The notes: a model not told the origin generated them from the sequence alone. A stretch of 63,952 nt of DNA, filler included, from Octopus bimaculoides (GCF_001194135.2; 7 parts of 7 records of this genome joined end to end with filler, not necessarily neighbours in it); one strand, 5' to 3'. Shown: positions 52,382 through 63,913, counted from the whole stretch's first letter. Numbers and translations are program-made.

Positions 52382-52953
52382 CCCTTTTAGCATTCAGATT
52401 ACTCTGTTAAATGTAATGCTTATTTATTCACAGTGTTTTGAATCAATCATGCATTATCTCATAGCTTTGATATTTTGATGGTGTGATTGTTTATTTTTTA
52501 GAATGGCATTGTAGGATAAGTGAGAGAGATCAGATCTGGTCAGTTTGAGTGTAAAGCAGGTAGAATATTTGGATTGAGTAGGGTTGGTTTAAATGAGTTC
52601 AATGTGAAGGTGCATGGCTCAGTGGCTAGGGCGTTGGGCTCACAATCATGAAGTAGTGAGTTCAGTTCCTGGAGCAGGTTGTGTTGTGTCCTTGAGCAAG
52701 ACACTTTATTTCACATTGCTCTAGTTCACTCAGCTGTAAAAACGAGTTGCGACATCACTGGTGCCAAGCCTTTGCCTTTCCCTTGGATAACGTCGGTGGC
52801 ATGGAGACTGGAGGATGATATGCATGGGCGACTGCTGGTCTTCCATAAACAACCTTGCCTGGTACTTGTGCCTCGGAGGGGAACTTTCTAAATGCAATCC
52901 CATGGTCATTCATGATTGAAGGGGTTTTTTACACTTTAAATGAGTTCGAGAGG
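52382..52953. mobile_element. TTAA-flanked MITE interrupted by a SINE
   Basis: TTAA at 52378-52381 and 52954-52957; homologous in reverse to 9554-9776. Confidence 0.75.
52601..52934 (+). mobile_element. SINE family C, full length, with 13-bp TSD
   Basis: TSD tttaaatgagttc at 52588-52600 and 52935-52947; tggctcagtggctagg A box, gagttcagttcc B box. Confidence 0.9.
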
Positions 52954-53524
52954 TTAAACACCACAGTCTGTTACTGGAACAAATGATGATGCCACGTATT
53001 TTGTGCAGTCACACTGCTTACTGTTTAATTACAAGTAAATGTAATTTATTTTTTGCATTTTTACAATATTTCATAATCAAACTTTAATATTAAGCACTCG
53101 GTGTTACTTAAATATCCTCAAAGATACAGGATAAAATATTTTCTCAAATTATGAAAATGCACCACTGGTGGTGCATATGGCAGTTGTGTAAAGTTTGCAA
53201 TGAATCACTGATGGTATGGGTGGTGGTTGACGTGGCAAAGTGATTACTGTTGTAGTTGTGTCTTAGTTGCAGGTCAGTCCTTATCAAGTAGTCCTCTGCT
53301 CAAAACTATTCCAGCTTTGATGATCATCCTGTCTTATTTTTAGATATAGTATATCTATGACTACATTGTCAAGTCACACTAAAAAATGATCAGCTACTGT
53401 TAATCATATAAACTGGTAGTACTACCTGTGTCATTGTTTGGTCCTTGGTGAATAAACTGGCAATACCACTCTAGGAGTGTCACCTCGGTGTGTGTAAGGT
53501 AGATGGACACCTTGACAGGATATA

Positions 53525-53912
53525 CTCTTTTACTTGTTTCAGTCGTTTGACTGGCCATGCTGGAGCACCGCCTTTAGTAGAGCAAATTGACCCCACAACT
53601 TATTCTTTGTAAGCCTAGTACTTATTCTATAGGTCTCTTTTGCCGAACCGGTAAGTTACGGGGACGTAAACACACACCAGCGTCAGTTGTCAAGCGATGT
53701 TTGGGGAGGGAGGCAAACACAGACTCACAAACACACACACACATACATATGACGGGCTTCTTTCAGTTTCCGTCTACCAAATCCACTCACAAGGCTTTGG
53801 TCGGCCCGAAGCTATAGTAGAAGACACTTGCCCAAGATACCACACAGTGGGACTGAACCCGGAACCATGCAGTTCGTAAGCAAGCTACTTACCACACAGC
53901 GACTTCTATGCC
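53525..53912 (-). mobile_element. SINE family B, near full length
   Basis: Reverse complement of 59330-59627 plus the distal tail. Confidence 0.9.
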
Positions 53913-54244
53913 TATATAGAAAAGAAAAAAAAAAACGATACCTGTGTAGATAAGTGACTGAATTCAACAAGGAGCCAATACCTTTCTGCAACTAGAGTTG
54001 GCCTCTATTAAGGTTTTTGAGTTGATCATTACCAATGCTTTTGGGTCCCCACCCACCACAAACTCTGTTGTCTTTCTCAGACATTCTGGTTTTGCCTTTC
54101 CTTTGACCCAGAAAGACCCACGTAAGTGAAATCCCTTGATTAGTACAAGGACCACCCAAAGTAGCTTTAAGTCTGCACTGGCTAGGATTAGCATTATCTC
54201 ATCTTGCACATTGCCAGAAAACCACAGATACATACCATTATTTA

Positions 54245-54767
54245 TTGGGTTGGCAAGAAAGTAATTTCGTTACTTTTAGCTTACCTCAGAAGCAAATTGC
54301 ACGTAATTCTGTTTACAACTAGTGTCAATTTTAACGTGGAATGCAAAAAACGAACATTTTCGCCATATTTTGCTTTTTTATTTCCGTAAAGGCAAGAAAA
54401 CTGTTGAGGCTCACAAAGAGATATGGGAAGTTTATGGCGTTGGTTGCTTAACAGAATGCACGTGTCAGAAATGGTTTTAAAAGTTCTGTTCTGGAGACTT
54501 TCTATTCAAAGATGACCAACATTCTGGTCAACCTACTGAAGTTGATGATGATTAAATCAAAGTCGTAATTGAATCTGATTGTCATATAACTGTGTGAGAG
54601 ATTGCAGAGAGGTTAAATGTATCACACACAACAATTGAAAATCACTTAAAATGTCTTGGATTCATTAAGAAGCTCAATATTTGGGTTCCACATAAAATGA
54701 AAGAGATTCACTTAACACAACGAATCAATATTTGCAATATGCATCTCAAACGCAATGAAATCGACCT
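54245..54767 (+). mobile_element. Mariner element, 5' half (TIR plus N-terminal transposase)
   Basis: TA then ttgggttggcaagaaagtaatt TIR; EHFRHILLF-FRKGK...EIWEVYG...CQKWF..F.SGDF...EIAERLNVSHTTIENHLK.LG..KKLNIWVPH. Confidence 0.9.
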
Positions 54768-54931
54768 TGTTGCTCTAATTCTTTGCTGTATTCATAGTTA
54801 ACTCTCACCTTACTGACAGCACCTTTGTATATTGCCTGTACAGCTTTCACCAGCCACTCATCTATCCCTAGCCTCCTCAGAACCCACCATATCACACAAC
54901 AGGGCACTCTTCAGTTGGCTTCAACACAGTT

Positions 54932-55146
54932 TCTTATTTCTTTATTGCCCACAAGGGGCTAAACATAGAGGGGACAAACAAGAACAGACAAAGGGATTAA
55001 GTCGATTAGATCGACTCCAGTGCGTAACTGGTACTTAATTTATCGACCCTGAAAGGATGAAAGGCAAAGTCGACCTCGGCGGAATTTGAACTCAGAACGT
55101 AATACTGCTAAGCATTTCGCCCGGCGTGCTAACGTTTCTGCCAGCT
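54932..55146 (-). mobile_element. SINE family A (young variant)
   Basis: Nearly identical to 43672-43845. Confidence 0.9.
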
Positions 55147-55149
55147 TAC

Positions 55150-55345
55150 TGCCTTCCACACAGTTTCTGTCCACCAAATTCACTCACAAGGCACTGGTTG
55201 GCTATATAATAATAAAGGCTACAGCAGAAGATACTCACCCAAGATACATGAGGCTACAGCAGAAGATACTCACCCAAGGTACCATACAGTGGGACTGAAT
55301 CTGTAACCAAATGATTGCAAAGTGAGTTTCTTAACTACACGGCCA
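55150..55345 (-). mobile_element. SINE family B head with an internal duplication
   Basis: ggctacagcagaagatactcacccaag present twice. Confidence 0.7.
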
Positions 55346-56873
55346 TGTTGGGACAAATTTGTTTCCAACACAGTATTTATCAAGTTATAACGAGCAGAGA
55401 AAACTCTTTTAGGAGAATGAAAAATCTCTGGTGCCTAATTTTTGTTTTCCCAGACCTCACCTTCTTCCATGATAAGGAATTTGTGCCACGACAACAGACA
55501 ACATCATTGGACCGTTAGCAGCTGGTCTCTGAAGGGTAACTGATTCAACTAATTTCTCCTTAAATGTTTGTGCGTAGGTGCATGCATGCTTGCGTGTGTG
55601 CGTGCATATATGTGTATGTTTGTGTGTGTGTGTGTGTGTATACATGAGACCTTACATATGTAATTATTTAAGTGGTGTAGGAAACAAAAACATGGTACTT
55701 TAATTCTGATACATATATAATGGGGTGGGGTGGGGTGGGGGACCCCACAAAAGCAACAAGAACCCCACCCCCTCCCCAANNNNNNNNNNNNNNNNNNNNN
55801 NNNNNNNNNNNNNNNNNNNNNNNNNNNNNNNNNNNNNNNNNNNNNNNNNNNNNNNNNNNNNNNNNNNNNNNNNNNNNNNNNNNNNNNNNNNNNNNNNNNN
55901 NNNNNNNNNNNNNNNNNNNNNNNNNNNNNNNNNNNNNNNNNNNNNNNNNNNNNNNNNNNNNNNNNNNNNNNNNNNNNNNNNNNNNNNNNNNNNNNNNNNN
56001 NNNNNNNNNNNNNNNNNNNNNNNNNNNNNNNNNNNNNNNNNNNNNNNNNNNNNNNNNNNNNNNNNNNNNNNNNNNNNNNNNNNNNNNNNNNNNNGGGGGG
56101 GGATGTAAATCTGGCATTGACTTGTTGGGCTGAGAAAGAGAGAGAGAGAGAAGGAAAATGAGAGAGGGCGATAGAGAGAGATAAGGAAAGTGAGAGGGAT
56201 GTTGCTATAATGAGCAGTTGAAGTCAGAACAGGCCTGAAGTAATTAAGCTCCTCTGATCTAGTTTTTGCCGCCAGCCAAACGACACAAGACACGACCTCA
56301 TTCTCTATGTCAAAGAGTCCTCACCTCACCCCTTCCCATATACTCCCTCCTCCTCCTCCTCCTCCTCGTGGGAGCTAGTTGCCTCTTGGTTTTTGGTGCT
56401 CCCTTTTTTATTTCATGTTCCTTAGTTTTGTCTTTTTATTTTATTATTATTATATATTTTTATTCTTAATGTTTGTTTCCACTGATTGTTCACATTCCAT
56501 TCAGATAATACTAAGATATTAACAAGTAAGTTGATCAGGGTTGCTGTGGTAGTAATAGTAGTAGTAGTAGTAGTAGTAGTTGCTCTTACTTAGTCCCCCC
56601 CCCCCTTAACCTCACCCCGATCAAACAGCCCCACCCACAATTGAAAGTAACCATGAACACCTCAGAAGTATGTCAAATTATAATATCCAGTGCACCTTTT
56701 TTCTCCTTATTTATTTAAGACAGTAGGGTTTAAATTTGAGGAAGATTTGGCTACTATTTCTAGCACATCAAAACACTCCTGTAGAGGCTCTCTTAGGTTA
56801 CTTTTATATTTCAGCACCAGGTCAGCTTTTTGATCAAAGACATTGCAACTGTAATAAATTCTGTCTACCCTTA

Positions 56874-56874
<1 letters not shown>

Positions 56875-56907
<33 letters not shown>

Positions 56908-57223
56908 TAGTTTTATTTTTATAACGTGCTTTCACTTCACTACCGAGCGCAGCTCTGTGCGCCTTGGGTATGTGCTGTGGTTTGCTGTGGTGCTCTTATG
57001 TTTACTGTATTGAAAGTGTTTTGCGTAGAATGTGTGCAGTACCCAGTAGTGCAATTTTCTGTATGTTATATATATTTGTAAGTCCTGGTGTTTTTGTTAT
57101 GTATTTGTCTGAATATTTTTTTATTATACCTAAGGCACCTACTATGATAGGAATTGTTTCTGTTTTTAGATTCCACATTCGAGTTATCTCTATTTCCAGG
57201 TCTTTGTATTTTGAAAGTTTTTC
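56875..57223 (-). mobile_element. R4/Dong-like LINE 3' end
   Basis: EKLSKYKDLEIEITRMWNLKTETIPIIVGALGIIKKYSDKYITKTPGLTNIYNIQKIALLGTAHILRKTLSIQ*, then 3' UTR and (TAA)n tail. Confidence 0.92.
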
Positions 57224-57602
57224 NNNNNNNNNNNNNNNNNNNNNNNNNNNNNNNNNNNNNNNNNNNNTTAATTAATTAANNNNNNNNNNNNNNNNNNNNN
57301 NNNNNNNNNNNNNNNNNNNNNNNGAACTGCCAGTTAATTTTAGTCTTCATATCGTGGTCCAAGACTTCCAGTAATTTTTCATTTTCGTTTCCTTCTGAAA
57401 CATATCGCTGATAGAATCGAAGATATATACTAGTCGTACTTATTTCTAGAATAAATTGGCACATCAAAATAAATAGTGATTTCTTTTGAACTAAACACAT
57501 TTTCTTGAGAAAACAAGGTCAAGTAAATCGATTTCAAATCTCACATTTTAAATAATGACTAATATCCATATATTTATTCGTCTTTGTAAATGTCGTCGTC
57601 AG

Positions 57603-57675
57603 GTCTTCCAGCTGTCATTGTCGCAATTACTTTGGGAATTAACCACACAAACAATTACATCAAAATTGCAGACGT
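57603..57675 (+). CDS. Adhesion/secretin-class GPCR exon (TM4-ECL2)
   Basis: cgtcAG acceptor, GTAAGT donor; (G)LPAVIVAITLGINHTNNYIKIAD(V); phase-2 end joins in frame to 59695 to give ADVCWLS. Confidence 0.88.
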
Positions 57676-58199
57676 GTAAGTATTTCTGTGTTTTACTCAC
57701 CTAATTTTCTCTGGTCTTCACCATTTATATTTTGCTAGGCTTATGAATAGTTTGAATGTTGTAGAATAATGGCTAAGTGCCATCAAGCTAAAGCCATGGC
57801 TTTCATTCTTGCTGAGAATAATATACACTAAAATTACACTTGACGGTGATATATAAATTTGATGATAACATTTCAATCTGTCCACATAAAAAGAAGCAAC
57901 AATACACGTCAACATTCCTTCATCTTGAAGATGAGACGGCAAAAAACTAAGACTTTTATTTATGGACTTCAGAACTTTAGTGTTCGAAAGAAAAATCAGT
58001 TTTCTTCATATGAATTCACAAACTATACAATTAAAGCCAATTTTTAAAAAACGGCATGTGAATATTTTGTGATTCCACGATCAACGCTGGTCGCAGAATC
58101 AGTTTTCCAAATCGAAACAAATTAAAGTGGCTTTGCAGGAGAGAACATTAGTATGATATATGAGGGAGGGTGTCTTTAAGATTTATAGTCTTGAAATGG

Positions 58200-58600
58200 G
58201 AGGGACGGACAGCCGAACATCTCTTCACAATTAAGAAAGAGGTAGTTCTTTTTATCTGATGATACAATTCAACTAGAAATATGGAGTTAAAGGTGAAAGA
58301 TAAGATTCGCTTTGACTCATAAAGTCATCTATCTCAGATCTTATAGTGTCAGTTTTATTACATAAAGAATGTTTGATGGAGACACAAATACCAGCCTCCT
58401 ACTATAGGGTATTTATGCCTTCATCGAATATACTATCAGTAATAAAGCTGGCATGGAAAGATCTTAAATAAATAAATTTATAAATCAATGTGAATCTCAT
58501 GTTTGCCTTTAACCCTATAACTCTAGCTGAATAGAATCATAAGATAAAAGTAACTACCTCTTTCTTAATTGTAGAAAGGGGACGTTCGGCTGCCCGTTCA
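58200..58600. repeat. About 400-bp imperfect palindrome (foldback MITE-like)
   Basis: Arms align throughout, e.g. acaattaagaaagaggtagtt / aactacctctttcttaattgt; centre near 58390-58410. Confidence 0.8.
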
Positions 58601-58841
58601 CCAATCCACTATGCCAACTCCATTTACGTTTACCGTACTATAGAATGCTTATGTCTTCAACAAACATAATCTTTCTTTGCAAATATACATATAAAGGCGT
58701 AAGTGCGTAGTAGATATATGCACATGTGTGTGTGTGTATATGCATGTGTGTGTGTGTGTATGTAAGTATATATCTTATAAAATCATATAATCTAAAATTA
58801 ACTTGAAAATGTATGACATATACGAGGAGCTGTCCAAAAGT

Positions 58842-59172
58842 CGAGGGTTCCAGTTGATCCGATCAACAGAACAGCCTGCTCGTGAAATTAACGTGCAAGT
58901 GGCTGAGCACTCCACAGACACGTGTACCCTTAACGTAGTTCTCGGGGATATTCAGCGTGACACAGTGTAACAAGGCTGACCCTTTGAATTACAGGCACAA
59001 CAGAAACAGGAAGTAAGAGTGAGAGAAAGTTGTGGTGGAAGAGTACAGCAGGGTCCGCCACCATCCCCTGCTGGAGCCTCGTGGAGCTTTAGGTGTTTTC
59101 GCTCGATAAACACTCACAACGCCCGATCTGGGAATCGAAACCACGATCCTATGACCACAAGTCCGCTGCCCT
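58842..59172 (-). mobile_element. SINE family E (tRNA-derived)
   Basis: Minus strand agggcagcggac...ggtttcgattcccagatcgggcg head; near-identical to 62495-62788. Confidence 0.9.
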
Positions 59173-59329
59173 ATATACGATGAAATTAAATAGAGTTTGT
59201 TTTAGAAGTGTTGAGATGTATTGAAAGATACAGAAATAATTTTTTTATTCTCAAACGCGTGATAATGCTAATAAAATAGCGTGTGGATAATTTATCCTAT
59301 TCGCGCTAGTTTATTAGCATATATATACA

Positions 59330-59627
59330 TAGGCGCAGGAGTGGCTGTGTGGTAAGTAGCTTGCTTACCAACCACATGGTTCCGGGTTCAGTCCCACTGC
59401 GTGGCACCTTGGGCAAGTGTCTTCTACTATAGCCTCGGGCCGACCAAAGCCTTGTGAGTGGATTTGGTAGACGGAAACTGAAAGAAGCCTATCGTATATA
59501 TGTGTGTATATGTTGTGTATCTGTGTTTGTCCCCCCCAACATCACTTGACAACCGATGCTGGTGTGTTTAGGTCCCCGTAACTTAGCGGTTCGGCAAAAA
59601 GAGACTGATAGAATAAGTACTAGGCTT
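59330..59627 (+). mobile_element. SINE family B
   Basis: ggcgcaggagtggctgtgtggtaagtagc head, CORE-like tggcaccttgggcaagtgtctt, tail to aataagtactaggctt. Confidence 0.92.
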
Positions 59628-59694
59628 NNNNNNNNNNTATTGACTGTATGTTTGGTAATTTTCCTTTGTTAATTAATTTTCTATCTCTTTTTAG

Positions 59695-60082
59695 CTGTTG
59701 GTTATCCAAGACACCTTTCTATGCTGCTTTCCTGGCTCCCGTGGGGGTCATTCTCACCTTTAACCTTACCATCATGTTTCTCGCTATCTGTCGACGTAGC
59801 TCAGTGAAAAGTGAAAATGAGTCTGAACACGAAACAAAGAAAATGCGTGTTTTTGGCATCTTTAGTTTGACTCTCTTGTTCGTGTTATCTTGGGTTGTAG
59901 CATTCATCGCTGTTGAAGAAGAAGCTGAAGTGTTTCACATAATCTTCATTATCTTCAATATCCTTCTCGGAATGTTTATCTTCATATTCTACTGTATATA
60001 CAAGAAAGATGCCACAGATGTCATTTTCCCGTATGTAAGTGAACAACAGAAATGGATCAAAAAGAATACTTATGAAAAATAA
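59695..60082 (+). CDS. Adhesion/secretin-class GPCR terminal exon (TM5-TM7 and C-tail)
   Basis: Polypyrimidine tract and AG at 59693-59694; CWLSKTPFYAAFLAPVGVILTFN...LTLLFVLSW...FNILLGMFIFIFYC...stop; family-B 7TM pattern. Confidence 0.9.
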
Positions 60083-60233
60083 TAAAAGTAAGTGTAATTT
60101 GGTCTTTCTTACTCCTACCACCACCACAACCAGGGCCAATATGTCATAACAGGGCTAATCACGAACACTACTTCTACCAACAAAACCATTGTCAACATCG
60201 TAACCATCTGTATATATGTATGTATGTGTTTAC

Positions 60234-60275
<42 letters not shown>

Positions 60276-60287
60276 CTCTTTCTCTCT

Positions 60288-60321
<34 letters not shown>

Positions 60322-60430
60322 TCTTACTCTTTACTCTTTTACTTGTTTCAGTCATTTGACTGTGGCCATGCTGGGGCACCACCTTTAGTCGAGTAAATCG
60401 ACCCCAGGACTTATTCTTTGGAAGCCTAGT
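60322..60430 (-). mobile_element. SINE family B tail
   Basis: ttttacttgtttcagtcatttgactgtggccatgctggggcaccacc. Confidence 0.85.
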
Positions 60431-60530
60431 NNNNNNNNNNNNNNNNNNNNNNNNNNNNNNNNNNNNNNNNNNNNTTAATTAATTAANNNNNNNNNNNNNN
60501 NNNNNNNNNNNNNNNNNNNNNNNNNNNNNN

Positions 60531-60760
60531 ACCTGGGTTCTCATTCCTATTTATTTTTCGATGTTATTATTATCATTATTATTATTATTATTATTTAGGT
60601 CACTGCCTGGAATCGAACTTGGAATCTTGGGGTTAGTAGCCCGCGCTCTTAACCACTACGCCATATGAAAGCTGGAGGGTATATCAGCCGAAACGCTGTG
60701 ATAACAACAGACAAGATGAGGACGAATATCCGTCAAATGTAAATAATGTAAATAATGTTA
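60531..60760. mobile_element. SINE family F, rearranged: minus-strand head (60531-60667) joined to a plus-strand half hammerhead and tail
   Basis: Reverse complement of the 32757-type tRNA head, then gctggagggtatatcagccgaaacgctgtg...aatgtaaataatgt. Confidence 0.85.
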
Positions 60761-60897
60761 TTAGGAAATGTTTAACAAAAATTATCGAAATATTTTGTGT
60801 ATTGTTGAAACGTATCCAATTTATGGCAGGTAAATTTTTTTAATAATAAAACGTGAGAACATTTTGTAAACAAATTTACAAGCGTCGAGTGAGTCGG

Positions 60898-61118
60898 TAT
60901 TCTACAGAAAATAAAGGAATCCTCGAACGCAGGCTGGCTGTGAAGACAGCTTAAAAAATCGAGTAAATACCCTTTAGTGGATGGGTAAAAGGCCAGCAAG
61001 CTTGTACTAAGAATCTACCGTACCTCACTGGGAATTACAGGGTCCGATTTTCGAGAATTTCTGTATTTTCTGTAGAATAATACCAAAACCTTTTATGGAT
61101 CCCGGTTGGGAACCGCTG
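60898..61118. mobile_element. hAT-like non-autonomous remnant with internal inverted repeat
   Basis: 30-bp arms at 60898-60927 / 61050-61079; GGTTGGGAACCGCTG right-end-like TIR at 61104-61118 followed by gtctaaac; left TIR not seen. Confidence 0.45.
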
Positions 61119-61424
61119 GTCTAAACAGTTGTCGGAATTTTACAGCGGATGTTTATACATTATTTCCTGACTCTCATATTTATAGAATGTAAAGCAGAAA
61201 CAAGTGACAGTGTAGTTGCGATTCATTATCGAACGTCAAAGCAATTAAAAGCACAAAAAACACAAAAACACAAAACACCTTTAGATTCTAAAATGTAGTT
61301 AAAAGCCAGCGTCATCTTCTGTCGTTGTGTTGTGCCAAAGTTTTTGGTTTGTTGTCCAAACTCTATCGACACCCCAAAGAATGAAGGAAGTGACAGAACA
61401 ACTCGAAAACTAATAACTGTCTTT

Positions 61425-61778
61425 TATTTTTTTTTGCATGTTTCAGTCATTAAACGGTGGCCATGCTGGAGCACCGCCTTGAAAATTTTTTAGTCGAACG
61501 CCAGTACTTGTATTTTGTTAAGCCTGGTACTTATTGTATTGGGGCTATTTTGTCGAACCGCTAGGTTACGGGGACGCAAATACATCAACACCAGTTGTTC
61601 AGCGGTGGTGGGGAACAAAGATAGACAAAAAGACACACACACACATTCACACACGACGGGCTTCTTTTGGTTTCCGTCTGTCAAATCCACTCACAAGACT
61701 TTTGTCGGCTCGAAGCTATGGTAGACGACCCGGAACCATGTGGTTGGGTAGCAAGCTTCTTACCACACAGCCACTCCT
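61425..61778 (-). mobile_element. SINE family B
   Basis: Reverse complement of head and tail with an internal deletion. Confidence 0.85.
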
Positions 61779-62011
61779 GCTATTGTTAGCAACATCTAGA
61801 TTTAACTTTAGTGAGTAAAATTCTTAGTCATGACTACAAGATTTAAGTTTAGTAAGGTACTAATAACAATCAAAAGCTAGATTTAAGTTTGGTGAGTAAA
61901 ATTACGAGTAACAGAAACGCTATAAATAATATTTTATTTCTAAACTGATTTCAAAAGCAAATATGACGCAACCATTACGCAACTATTAAGTTATTAATAA
62001 CAACTAAAGTT

Positions 62012-62212
62012 AGGACAGCGAGCTGACAGAATCGTTTGCACACCGGGCGAAATGCTTAGCGGTATTCCGTCTGTCTTCTGGCTCTGAGTTCAAATTCCGT
62101 CGAGGTTGACTTTGCCTTTCATGGTCGATAAAATAAATACCAGTTGAGTACTGGGGTCGATGTAATCGTCTTACTACCAAACCCAAAATTGCCTCGTGAC
62201 AAAATTTGAGAC
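62012..62212 (+). mobile_element. SINE family A
   Basis: aggacagcgagctgacagaatcg...tgagttcaaattccgtcgaggttgactttgcctttcat. Confidence 0.85.
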
Positions 62213-62494
62213 CTGTTTCTAATCAATCGAAATTTTAAAATTATAATCAGATAAACAATTGAAGGGTGTTAATGAAATTTACTTTCAAAAGTGTCAAAGG
62301 GAGAGAACTATTCATATTCAGAGTGGTGATGGTGGTGGGGAGGGAGTGGAAAGAATGAATTTGATGTTTGATCGCTGTCGTCTCAAACAATGCTACACAT
62401 ACAATTCCAATCACAAACACATTCACACACACTTTTTACTTACTTACATACATGCATACGTAAAGACAGAGACAACACACAAAGACTTGTATAT

Positions 62495-62788
62495 CTATCG
62501 TTGTTGTTGTTGGCACTCCGTCGCTTACGACGTCGAGGGTTCCAGTTGATCCAATCAACGGAACAGCCTGCTCATGAAATTAACGTGCAAGTGGCTGAGC
62601 ACTCCACAGACACGTGTACCCTTAACGTAGTTCTCTGGGATATTCAGCGTGACACAGTGTGACAAGGCTGACCCTTTGAATTACAGGCACAACAGAAACA
62701 GGAAGTAAGAATGAGAGAAAGTTGTGGTGAAAGAGTACAGCAGGGTTTGCCACCATCATCCCCTGCCGGAGCCTCGTGGAGCTTTAGG
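62495..62788 (-). mobile_element. SINE family E (head lost in a gap)
   Basis: Near-identical to 58842-59172; (TTG)n tail. Confidence 0.9.
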
Positions 62789-62889
62789 NNNNNNNNNNNN
62801 NNNNNNNNNNNNNNNNNNNNNNNNNNNNNNNNTTAATTAATTAANNNNNNNNNNNNNNNNNNNNNNNNNNNNNNNNNNNNNNNNNNNNT

Positions 62890-63225
62890 ATAATAGGTAA
62901 AGATCCCCTTCGGTCAAGAATGACCATGAGATTGCACCTAAAAAGTTCCCCTCTGAGGCACAAGTCCTGGCAAGGCTGTTTATGGAAGACTTGCAGTCAC
63001 CCATGCATATGGGACTCCCTCTCCACGCCACTGACCTTATCCCAAGGAAAAGCAAAGGCCGATACAGCTTGGCACCAGTAACGTCACAACTCATTTCTAC
63101 AAATGTGTGAACTGGAGCAACGTGAAATAAAATATCTTGCTTAAGAACACAACATACATCCCGGACCGGGAATCGAACTCACTACCTCATGATTATGAGC
63201 CCGACGCTCTAACCACTGAGCCAAG

Positions 63226-63228
<3 letters not shown>
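62890..63228 (-). mobile_element. SINE family C
   Basis: Minus strand tggctcagtggttagagcg...gagttcgattcccgg A/B boxes. Confidence 0.9.
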
Positions 63229-63269
<41 letters not shown>

Positions 63270-63765
63270 ATCGTTCAGACATTAACGAATCTATAGAACA
63301 CCAGTTATGGCAGGTTATGTATAGAAATGAACCTGCCAGCGCATGCTTCAAAGAGCAGTCTAAAGAAATCTGAAGTTGGGCAACTTAACTATGAGCTTCT
63401 CATTGTGGAAAGCTTTGCATCAAGATTATTTTTGTCAATTATCTTGAGGTGAGAGAAAGACAGAGGCAGCGAGACGGAGACAGAGATAGAGGGACAGAGA
63501 GACAGAGTGACTATTGTCGGGTGACAAGACAAAATATAGTTTAATAACCAACATTCCACCGTTATCGTAATGACACTTGATGAAAAACTTTATTATAAGC
63601 GTTTGAATTTTTTTTCAATAGAATGTCTTTCTGCAGGAGAAATAGGTCATAAGATAGACAAATAGATCTGTCTTATTTACATGTGCAATGAAAATGTCAT
63701 ATTGTTACAAAAGTGGTGATGGTGGAAGAGGTGATATTAATGAAAGTGATATTAATGATATATAT

Positions 63766-63768
<3 letters not shown>

Positions 63769-63838
<70 letters not shown>

Positions 63839-63855
63839 CAGACAGAAAGACAGAC

Positions 63856-63910
<55 letters not shown>
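63769..63910. repeat. (GATA)n/(GACA)n microsatellite
   Basis: Direct reading. Confidence 0.95.

Positions 63911-63913
<3 letters not shown>

Noticed and set aside
54081-54121. 41-nt AG...GTAAGT segment as RASA exon 3
   Set aside because: The translation does not resemble the expected PFxGExF...LSFY sequence.
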